A stretch of DNA of 64,000 nucleotides from Gemmatimonadales bacterium. GTDB taxonomy: Bacteria; Gemmatimonadota; Gemmatimonadetes; Gemmatimonadales; GWC2-71-9. The number at the start of each line of letters is the position of its first letter. Position 1 is the stretch's first letter. Shown here piece by piece: positions 48,786-57,200 of the stretch. The stretch is taken from NCBI GenBank assembly GCA_033764615.1, contig JANRIU010000064.1:13423-77422 (forward strand), read 5' to 3'. The notes beneath the pieces were generated by a model, which was given only the letters and a program-made list of their open reading frames with translations, was not told where the DNA came from and did no database searches. A program made the position numbers and the translations under genes.

Positions 48786-49106
48786 ATGCTCACGAGCCTC
48801 TCCCCCCTGGCGCGCCTGCTCGACCGGCTCGGCGCCATCACCGCGCTCGCCGACCTCCGCGGCGCGCTCGTGTTCCGATCGCGGCAGTGGGGCCGCGCCG
48901 TCTCCGCCGACTGGGCGAGCATCGAGCGCACCGCTGGCTCGGCGGTGCGCGACCTGGTCGACGCGCCGGAGGCGAGCGCGCCGGTGCTCGAGCGCGTGAG
49001 GACGACGGTGTCGGGTCGCTTCCTGGTGCGCGCGCAGTGGGTGGATGCGCAGGATCCGTTCAATGATGCGGTGGTGGTGGACGTGGTGGCGCGGAGGGGG
49101 CGGTAG
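48786..49106 (+). CDS. Small protein resembling the LuxR N-terminal domain, without HTH
   Basis: GGAGG RBS; PLARLLDRLGAITALADLRGALVFRSRQW aligns by eye with NLTRLLDRWGMVAAIYDLSGRLRLKTDHW of the upstream gene. Confidence 0.7.
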   Translation: MLTSLSPLARLLDRLGAITALADLRGALVFRSRQWGRAVSADWASIERTAGSAVRDLVDAPEASAPVLERVRTTVSGRFLVRAQWVDAQDPFNDAVVVDVVARRGR

Positions 49107-49134
49107 GACGGCACCCGGCCGGTTTGGACGGCAC

Positions 49135-49159
49135 GAGGCCCCTGCGTCGCGGGGGCCTC
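49135..49159. terminator. GC hairpin, probable terminator
   Basis: GAGGCCCCTGC...GCGGGGGCCTC stem after the two-gene unit. Confidence 0.5.
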
Positions 49160-49205
49160 ATGCGCTTGCGGGCCGGCGTGCCGCACTTGTTCGTGTCCAG
49201 TATCG

Positions 49206-49228
49206 GACTTAGTCTATCAGCTTAGTCT
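49206..49228 (+). promoter_or_regulatory. Probable toxin-antitoxin promoter/operator
   Basis: AT-rich patch with palindrome GACTTAGTC and repeated CTTAGTCT immediately upstream of the antitoxin. Confidence 0.5.
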
Positions 49229-49243
49229 TTTCCGGAGCGCACC

Positions 49244-49615
49244 ATGTCTCGCGAGTCCACCCTGCACAACCTGCACGCCGCCAAGACGCATCTCTCGCGG
49301 CTCGTGGCCCAGGCGCTCCGTGGCGAGACCGTGATCATCGGCAAGGCAGGGACGCCGCTGGTGCGGCTCGTGCCCGTCGCGCACGCGGAGGGGGCCGACC
49401 GCGAGCCCGGCGGATGGGAAGGGTTGATCACCCTCGGTCCGCACTGGGACGCCCCTGCCCTGAGCACCGACGAGCTGGAGGCGCTCGACGCTCGGTCGAC
49501 GGCACAGCTGGCCGGAGATCCGGCCGCCGAGGCGCGCGCGACGCGACGGCTGGCAGCGGCGGCGAAGCGGGCGGACCGGACGGCCGGCGGCCGCCGGAAG
49601 GCGCGCAACGGATGA
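49244..49615 (+). CDS. vapB: Phd/YefM-family antitoxin
   Basis: NLHAAKTHLSRLV...GETVIIGKAGTPLVRLVP. Confidence 0.9.
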   Translation: MSRESTLHNLHAAKTHLSRLVAQALRGETVIIGKAGTPLVRLVPVAHAEGADREPGGWEGLITLGPHWDAPALSTDELEALDARSTAQLAGDPAAEARATRRLAAAAKRADRTAGGRRKARNG

Positions 49616-49998
49616 AGCTCCTCGTGGACTCGGTTGCGCTGGTCTGGTGGACCACCGACCCGGCCCGCCTCTCGGCGGCCGCGACACGCGCGCTCCGGAA
49701 GGGGCAGAACGACCTCCTCGTGAGCGCGGCGACCGCGTACGAGCTGCTGTACAAGAAGCACCGCGGTCGCCTGCACGTCGCCTCGCCCCTCGGCAGCACC
49801 TTCGAGTCGAGCCTCCGGCGACGCGGCTTCACGCTCCTCGACCTCACGACCGAGCACATGGTGGTGGCGGCGGCGCTCGCCGACCCGCACCCGGATCCGT
49901 TCGACCGCATGCTCGCGGCGCAGGCGATCGTGGAGGGGATGCCGGTGGTGACGAACGACGCGGCGATCGCGCGGCTGGGGGCCGCCGTGGTGTGGTAG
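49612..49998 (+). CDS. vapC: PIN-domain toxin
   Basis: ATGA overlap; MKLLVDS, SAATAYE, HPDPFDRMLAAQA, VTND. Confidence 0.92.
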   Translation: MKLLVDSVALVWWTTDPARLSAAATRALRKGQNDLLVSAATAYELLYKKHRGRLHVASPLGSTFESSLRRRGFTLLDLTTEHMVVAAALADPHPDPFDRMLAAQAIVEGMPVVTNDAAIARLGAAVVW

Positions 49999-50016
49999 TG
50001 CCGATGCGGCTGACTG

Positions 50017-51636
50017 CTACTGCTCCGCGAGCTTCCGCAGCACGTCCGCGAGCGCGGCGCGCGCGGCGCGGAGCGAGCGGCGCGCTTCGAGCAGGTCGGT
50101 GCGCACGAGGCTGAGCCCTTCGGCGACCAGGCGGTCGGCGACGGCGAGGTCCGCGTCGTCGGCCCCGGCGTCGATGGCGTGGGCGCGGGCACTGTCGGCG
50201 TCGCGCTTGAGGCGCACGACCTCGATCTGCAGGGACCGCAGCGAGTCCTGGCGCGCGTGCCCGAGCGCGGCGGAGTCGACGATCGCGCGCGGCGTGGCCG
50301 GTCCGGCGGGCGGCGTCGGGGCGGCGGAGGCGCTGTCGCCCTTCGGGACGACATCGTGCCCGACGGACTCGTCCTGGCCTGCGCGCCCGCCGCGGCCGCG
50401 CACGGTGGCATCCGTGGCACCGCCCGCGCCTTCGGCGACCTTCCCGACGATGCCCGCCGTTGCGGCTGACGAATCGACGGCAGTGCCGGACGAATCGACG
50501 TTCGTTGGCGGCGCCACCTCCTCGCGGACGCCGGTCGAGGAGCGCCACGCCACGACCATCCCGGACAGGGCAAGCACGATCGCCACGCCAGCCGCGAGCG
50601 CGCGCCGGCTCGGCGCCGGCCGCACGCGTGTCGTCGGGACGGAGTCGATGCACAGCGTCCCTGCCTCCGAGGGGGCGGCGACGATGGCGCGCAACTCCCG
50701 CCGCCCGCGCTCCACGAGCTCCGCCGGGAACGCATCGGCCGCGGCCGCGAACGCCGCGGCCGCCTCCCGCACCGTGCGATACCGCTCCGTGGGGGCCTTC
50801 GCGAGCATCCGCGCCACCACCCGCCGCACCGGCGGCTCCACGCCCGCCTCCGCGAGCCGCTCGACCGGCGGCGGCTCGCTCACGTGCAGCATCATCATTG
50901 CCGTCGGGGACGTCGCGTTGAACGGCAGGGCGCCGGTGAGCAGCTCGAACGCGACCACGCCGAGGGCGTACTGATCGCAGGCTCCCGTGAGATCGCGCTC
51001 GCCGGTGGCCTGTTCGGGCGCCATGTACGGCGGCGTGCCGATGATGCCGCCGGTCGTCGTGAGCCCGGGTGCCTGCACCTCCTTGGCCGCGCCGAAGTCG
51101 GAGACGAACAGCTCGCCGCCGCGGTCGAGGAGCACGTTGCTCGGCTTCACGTCGCGGTGCACGAGCCCCTGTGCATGCGCATGGTCGAGCGCCTCGCCGG
51201 CGGCGCGCAGCACCGCCGCCGTGGCCGCGACCGAGAGCCGCCCGCGCGCCTTCAGCACCTGCGCGAGCGTCGGCCCGTCGACGAACTGCATCACCATGAA
51301 GGTGACCGCCTCGGTCTCCTCGACGCCGAACACGCTCACCGTGCCCCGGTGCTGCAGGCCCGCCGCGAGCCGCGCCTCCTGGAGGAAGCGCGCCTCGGCC
51401 CTGGGGTCGAGCAGGCGGAGCGCCGGCAGCAGCGCCTTGAGCGCGACGAGCCGGTCGAGCCGCACGTCGCGCGCCAGGAAGACGGCGCCCATGCCGCCAC
51501 GGCCCAGCTCGCGGATCACCTCGTAGGTGCCGGCGGTGGCGTCGCGCACCTGGGCCTCGAGATGGTCGAGCGCGCCGACGCGCTGGCCCGGCCCTGGCGC
51601 GGGCCCTGGCAGTTCCGCCTGCTCCGGCCCTGTCAT
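50017..51636 (-). CDS. Membrane-anchored Hanks-type Ser/Thr kinase
   Basis: LGRGGMG, VALK, HRDVKPSN, DFG, GTPPYMAPE; one TM then an extracytoplasmic tail. Confidence 0.95.
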   Translation of the reverse strand: MTGPEQAELPGPAPGPGQRVGALDHLEAQVRDATAGTYEVIRELGRGGMGAVFLARDVRLDRLVALKALLPALRLLDPRAEARFLQEARLAAGLQHRGTVSVFGVEETEAVTFMVMQFVDGPTLAQVLKARGRLSVAATAAVLRAAGEALDHAHAQGLVHRDVKPSNVLLDRGGELFVSDFGAAKEVQAPGLTTTGGIIGTPPYMAPEQATGERDLTGACDQYALGVVAFELLTGALPFNATSPTAMMMLHVSEPPPVERLAEAGVEPPVRRVVARMLAKAPTERYRTVREAAAAFAAAADAFPAELVERGRRELRAIVAAPSEAGTLCIDSVPTTRVRPAPSRRALAAGVAIVLALSGMVVAWRSSTGVREEVAPPTNVDSSGTAVDSSAATAGIVGKVAEGAGGATDATVRGRGGRAGQDESVGHDVVPKGDSASAAPTPPAGPATPRAIVDSAALGHARQDSLRSLQIEVVRLKRDADSARAHAIDAGADDADLAVADRLVAEGLSLVRTDLLEARRSLRAARAALADVLRKLAEQ

Positions 51637-52514
51637 CGGCCGGCGCCGCCGCCGCGCATGCGCACCTCCACCGAGGAGACCGCCACCGACCGCTCATCCA
51701 TCGGGATCATGGCGAGCCAGCGTTGCAGGTCCGCCAGCGCGGCGGTCACCACGGGGACACGGCTGGCCTCTCCCCGCCGGAGCTCGCCGAGGAACGGCAC
51801 CTCGCGCTTCGTGGCGACCGCCAGGTACACCTCGATGCGGCGACTCCGGCCCGGCGGGAGCTCGGCGCGGAGCCGCACCGATCGGTCGCGCCAGATGCGG
51901 TCCGGGAACTCGTACCAGAGGTTGGCCGCGGCGCGGTTGCGCGTCTCGTATGCGTTCGGCAGCAGCACCTGCACGGAATCGTCGGCGATGCCGAAGAGCG
52001 TCACGTTGGCGGGCGCCGAGGCACGATACGACGCCACCATCTCGTCGCCCCGTCCGGGCGGCGGGTCGGCGTGGTAGACGTCCCGGTCGAGCTTGAGCTC
52101 CACGCGGAAACCGGGATCGGCGCGGCCGACGTCCGGGAGGACGTCGGCGACGAGGCGGACGTGGAAGTACGACTGGCCGAGGGCCCCACCGCCCTCGCGC
52201 ACGACCCCGGAGTCGAGCACCTCGTAGCGCAGGACGCGGCCGGCTGCGCTCGAGACGACGAACTGGCGGAAGTAGTCGGCCAGCTCCCGTGGCGACTCCT
52301 CCACCGAACGCGACGAGACGCCCGCGACGTGGACCCCGACGACTTCCTCCACCGCGTCGCGCAGCGCGCCATCGCGTGCCAGCTCGAACGCGCCTCGCAG
52401 AGACAGCTCCCCGGTGAGCGGCACGCGGTAGCTCTTCTCCAGCCGGCGCTCCTGCGCGCCGAGCACCGGCGCGGCCACGAGCGCGCAGACGGCCAGCGCC
52501 CACCACCCCCGCAT
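51633..52514 (-). CDS. Exported protein with FlgT_N/LPP20-like and DUF4384-like domains
   Basis: Signal peptide; ARDGALRDAVEEVVGV...GRVLRYEVL; GDEMVASY...VQVLLPN...YLAVATK. Confidence 0.7.
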   Translation of the reverse strand: MRGWWALAVCALVAAPVLGAQERRLEKSYRVPLTGELSLRGAFELARDGALRDAVEEVVGVHVAGVSSRSVEESPRELADYFRQFVVSSAAGRVLRYEVLDSGVVREGGGALGQSYFHVRLVADVLPDVGRADPGFRVELKLDRDVYHADPPPGRGDEMVASYRASAPANVTLFGIADDSVQVLLPNAYETRNRAAANLWYEFPDRIWRDRSVRLRAELPPGRSRRIEVYLAVATKREVPFLGELRRGEASRVPVVTAALADLQRWLAMIPMDERSVAVSSVEVRMRGGGAGR

Positions 52515-53029
52515 CAGAAGCGGAACAGCGAGAACCGCACTCTCGGCGTGTTGAAGGAGAGCGGCACGATCACGCCGAAGTTGTTGGCATAGCTCTGGCT
52601 CGCGAGCAGGTACTCCACACCGAGGGTCACTCCGACCCGAGGGCCGATGCGCACGGCGAGGCCACCTGCCGGACCGTACTGCAGGCCGAGCGACGAGCCG
52701 GTGACGACGCCGCCGATGAACGGCTTCACGGCGGACTGGCCCGGCACGTAGAGCTCGAGGGCGCCCGTCACGGCCGGGCCGGCCTTGGCGCCCAGCGTGC
52801 CTTCGGGCGTGAACGCCCGGCTGTAGTCGGTCCGGAACTCCGCGCTGCCGGCGACGGCGAACCACAAGCCCTGGACCCGCAGCTGCACTCCTCCGCCGCG
52901 CTCGTTCCCGCTGCCGCCGCCGGTGACACCGAAGGCCACGGCGGCCTGCGCGGCCACCCGCCGTGGCATGAGGGCAGACGAGAGGAGCGCGAGCAACATC
53001 AGCGCGCGCGCGATGCCATGACCGGTCAT
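52514..53029 (-). CDS. Small outer-membrane beta-barrel-like protein
   Basis: Signal peptide, amphipathic strands, terminal FSLFRF; coupled to the downstream gene. Confidence 0.65.
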   Translation of the reverse strand: MTGHGIARALMLLALLSSALMPRRVAAQAAVAFGVTGGGSGNERGGGVQLRVQGLWFAVAGSAEFRTDYSRAFTPEGTLGAKAGPAVTGALELYVPGQSAVKPFIGGVVTGSSLGLQYGPAGGLAVRIGPRVGVTLGVEYLLASQSYANNFGVIVPLSFNTPRVRFSLFRF

Positions 53030-53219
53030 CGTGACCGCTCCGAGTTGATGGGACTGCGAGATGGTATCCCGGCGCGGCACCATCGGCGAGATGGCGACTG
53101 TTCCTGTTACACCAGATAGGGCATTTGGCCCCGAGCCGACGCATCGGCATCACCTCATCTTTCGCGACGTATCGGTGGGACATCCGCCGACATCTCAACA
53201 CATCTTGCCGGACAATGCC

Positions 53220-54293
53220 ATGCCTCGCTGCCGACTTCGCGCCCTGCTGGGCGTGATCGCAATCGCGTCGTGCTGTCTGCCGGAGCTCCTTGACGCGCAG
53301 TTCCTTCCGCCCGCGCGCGGAGCGCGTCCCCCCGCACCGCAGTCGGCGCCCGAGGCTGCCGGTGTCGGCACCGAGGGCAGCGGGCCGAGCAGCTCCGCAT
53401 CGGCGCGTGAGCTTGTGTCGCCGCCGCAGGACGCGGGGGCGAGGAAAGATTCCCCCGTTGATCCGTACGACCCCACGAACGTCGAGAACCGCATCCCCGT
53501 GGCGGCGCGCCAGAACCCCCGGGCAGTTGCCGTGATCATCGGCAACGAGCGGTACGCCCAGGGGGACATCCCACCGGTGAAGTACGCGACGCGGGATGCG
53601 CGCGCCGTGCGGAAGTACTTCACGACGGCGTTCGGCGTGCCCGAGGAGAACGTCATCTACCACGAGAATGCGACCAAGGGGACGCTGCAGGCCGTGTTCG
53701 GCACGGCGGACGACGCCGATGGCAGGCTCGCCAGCCTCATCGATCGGCCAGATGAGACCGACGTGTACGTGTACTACGCCGGGCACGGCATGCCCGACGC
53801 CGGGACCGGCAAGGCGTACCTCATGCCCACCGACGCTGACGCGGAGCAGGTCCGGTTGACGGGCTACGAGGTGCAGGGCCTCTACGCCAATCTCGCCAAG
53901 CTGGGTGCGCGCAGCCTCACAGTGGTGGTGGACGCGTGCTTCAGCGGCGTGGCCGATGGAGGAGGCTCGCTGCTGACAGCCGAGCGCGGGGCGCTGCGCG
54001 TGGAGGATCCGATCCTGGCCGCCCAGAATGCCGTGCTCATCACGGCGGGCAAGAGCGACCAGGTGGCGCATGCGTTCGACCGCCAGCAGCACGGGCTCAT
54101 GACCTACTACTTCCTCGCTGGCATCCGGGGCGCGGCCGACCGCGACCAGGACGGGCGCGTGACGGCCCGAGAGCTGGAGGTCTGGCTCAGTCAGGAGGTA
54201 GTGCGCGAGGCGCGCCGGCTGCGCAACCGGCGACAGGAGCCGCAGGTCCGCGCGGCGAATGCGGACCGGGTGGTGGTGGAGGTGGCGCGGTGA
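53220..54293 (+). CDS. Secreted caspase-family (C14) peptidase
   Basis: Signal peptide; AVIIGNERY, YYAGHG and DACFSG catalytic dyad, HGLMTYYFL, QEPQ. Confidence 0.92.
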   Translation: MPRCRLRALLGVIAIASCCLPELLDAQFLPPARGARPPAPQSAPEAAGVGTEGSGPSSSASARELVSPPQDAGARKDSPVDPYDPTNVENRIPVAARQNPRAVAVIIGNERYAQGDIPPVKYATRDARAVRKYFTTAFGVPEENVIYHENATKGTLQAVFGTADDADGRLASLIDRPDETDVYVYYAGHGMPDAGTGKAYLMPTDADAEQVRLTGYEVQGLYANLAKLGARSLTVVVDACFSGVADGGGSLLTAERGALRVEDPILAAQNAVLITAGKSDQVAHAFDRQQHGLMTYYFLAGIRGAADRDQDGRVTARELEVWLSQEVVREARRLRNRRQEPQVRAANADRVVVEVAR

Positions 54294-57200
54294 GGTGGAG
54301 GGTGATGGCGGTAGTCGCAGCGCTCATGTGCGGCGCCGCAGGCTCGGAGGGAGCTGCCCAGATGCTGCGCATCGCTACGGGAGGCGAGCACAGCTGCGCC
54401 ATCAGCAGCGACGGCTTGACGTACTGTGCGGGCTCGAACAGCTTCGGCCAGCTCGGCGACGGGACGACGACCAGCCGCAGCACCCCGGTTGCAGTCGCGG
54501 CACCGGCCGGCGTGACATTCGTGCACGTGGCAACTGGCGCGTCCCACAGCTGCGGCGTGACGGCAGCGGGCGAGGCCTACTGCTGGGGGCGTAACGAATT
54601 CGGCCAGCTCGGCGATGGCACCACGACCGACCGCACATCGCCTGTTGCGGTGGCGACAGGGGTGAGGTTCACGCAGGTTTCCGGCGGCGGTCGCCACAGC
54701 TGCGGAATGACGGCTGCGGGCGCTGCGTACTGCTGGGGCTCAAACGCCTTTCGTGCCCTAGGCGACGGTACCCAGACGCAGCGTCTGACGCCTGCCCCAG
54801 TCGCGGCACCCGCTGCGGTGCCGGCCGGGGTGACTTACGCGCAGGTCGTGACAGGAAGCGACCACTCATGCGGGCGGACGACGGCTGGGGCGGCGTACTG
54901 CTGGGGGTTCAATGCCAATGGCCAGCTCGGCGACGGGACGACATCGATAGCTGCCACTCCAGTTCGAGTTCTGGCACCGGTCGGCGTGACGTTCACGCAG
55001 CTGGCGGCGGGCTCTGCTCACAATTGCGGCCTGACAGCGGCGGGAGGGGCGCTCTGTTGGGGCTTCAACGGTACCAGTCAGCTCGGTGACGGGACGACAA
55101 CACAGCGGCTCACTCCGGTGACGGTCGCTCCGCCTGCTACGGTGCCGGCAGGAGTGATCTTTACTCAGTTGTCGGCGGGTCAGGGCCACTCGTGCGGCGT
55201 GACTGCCGCGGCTACCTACTGTTGGGGTTGGAACCTCTCGGGCCAGCTCGGCGACGGTGGGACGACCGAACGCGGAACGCCTGTGGCAGTCGTGGCGCCG
55301 GTGGGCGTACTGTTTCAGCAGGTGGCCGCAGGCTCGGCTCACTCCTGCGCCGCGACAGCGTCGGGGGTGTCATACTGCTGGGGTCTGAATGGCACCGGCC
55401 AGCTCGGCGACGGGACGACGACGCAACGCAACACGCCGGTGCGCGTGTCGACCCCCAGCCTCATCGTGATCGGGCTGGGAAGCGGGGGGAGTGGCACGAT
55501 CACCTCCTCGCCCACCGGGCTGAACTGCACGATCACCAATGGGATAGCGGCCGCGACGGGCTGCAGTGCAAGCTTCGCCCCCGGGACGTCGGTCACGCTA
55601 TCGAGTAGCGTGGCGGGCGGGAACAGGCTGCAGTGGTGGGCGAATTCGCCGACCGTGACTGCTGGGGCCGGTGGGATAAGTGGAAGTACGGGCCCGGAGT
55701 TGAGCGGCTGCGCAACGACGACCTGCACGGTGACCGTGAACGCCACGAGGACCGTCGGAGTGGGGTTCTACGGCGTTCCCCAGACCAGCCTGAACGAGAC
55801 CTTCGACGACGGGAACGTGACGGCGGGCCCATCGTGGTCGCCGTTCCTGCCGGACGGTGGGACGACGACCCACAGCGTGGTGGCAGGGGCATATCGGAAC
55901 GCCCGGAGCGGGGCGGGCGGGGCCGGTCGGAGCGCGTTACTGGGGCTGGCGACGAGTATCCCCGTGACGGCAGCGACGCAACTGGTGCTGGACGTCCAGC
56001 TGGTGAGTACGTCGCTCAACGGCGGCGGCCTTTTCGGGAGCGAGTATCCTGCGAACGCAGTGGTGACGGTCCGGAATGCCGACAACAGCGAGACCCGCAT
56101 CATCTACGCCTTCACGGCGAGCGGTGGGACGCCGCCGGCGGCGACCGCGAGCCAGGTCTGGGTACTGACGTCGATCCCGGCGGGGACCTGGCAGCAGGGG
56201 CGCACCTACACCCTGCGGGCGGCGGCTCCCAACGCGGTGGAGATCACGCGCATCGAGCTGGGAGGGGTCGGCTGGGACTTCGTGGGTCTCTATGACAACG
56301 TGCGCATTCAGGAGCCGCCTGCAATCCGGCTCAGTCGCTCCGCGATCAGCGCCTCCGCCATCGCCGGCGGCGCCAACCCCGCCGCCGAGACGGTCACCGT
56401 CACCAACGACGGTGGGCTCACGCTCGCGGTCCCGACCATCGGCACGATCACCTACGGTGCCAGCCAGCCCACCGGCTGGCTCGCCTGTGCCGTCTCCGGG
56501 ACCGCGGTGCCGTTCACCGTCTCGTGTCAGGCCACCACCGGCACCCTGGCCGCTGGGACGTACACCGCCACCGTCCCGGTCGCCTCGGCGGGCGCCTCGA
56601 ACACGCCGCGGAATCTGGCCGTGACGTTCACGGTCCTGCCCGTACTGAACGCGTGCGCCCTCAACGCCGATTTCTCGAGTGCGCTTCCGCCCGCCTACGT
56701 GGTGTTTGCGCGTGGCCGGGACAATCAACTCGACCCGGCCAGCGGCATCTTCAATCAGCGGCTGCAGGTGGCGGGCACCGATGACGATGCCATCGTGGGA
56801 GCGGGCGTCTCCGTCCAGACCCCCGGGGCCCAGACGCTGACACTGAGCTACGACGCCTTCACACCTCTTGCCCCAAGCGGTTCCGGACAGAATCTGTTCA
56901 TGCTGGAATCGGCGCGCACGTGGCTGTTCGCCCAAGGTTACAGCTCCCCTCCGGGCTGGAACTGGTACATCAATCGATACGACGGGGCCGGCACGACGCC
57001 TGCCACCGCCGTGACCGCAGCACTCGGCACGGAGACGGCACGCATCGGCCAGGCCACCTTCGACGACCAGACGACGGGGCAGCAGTACCGGGTGACGGTG
57101 ACGCTGACGAACGGGCAGGCACGCTGGCTGGTCCGACGCCCGCCGCCGGGGCTCGAGGTCGTGTCCGAGCGTGTCGATGCGCTCAGCGGCTTCACGCTCG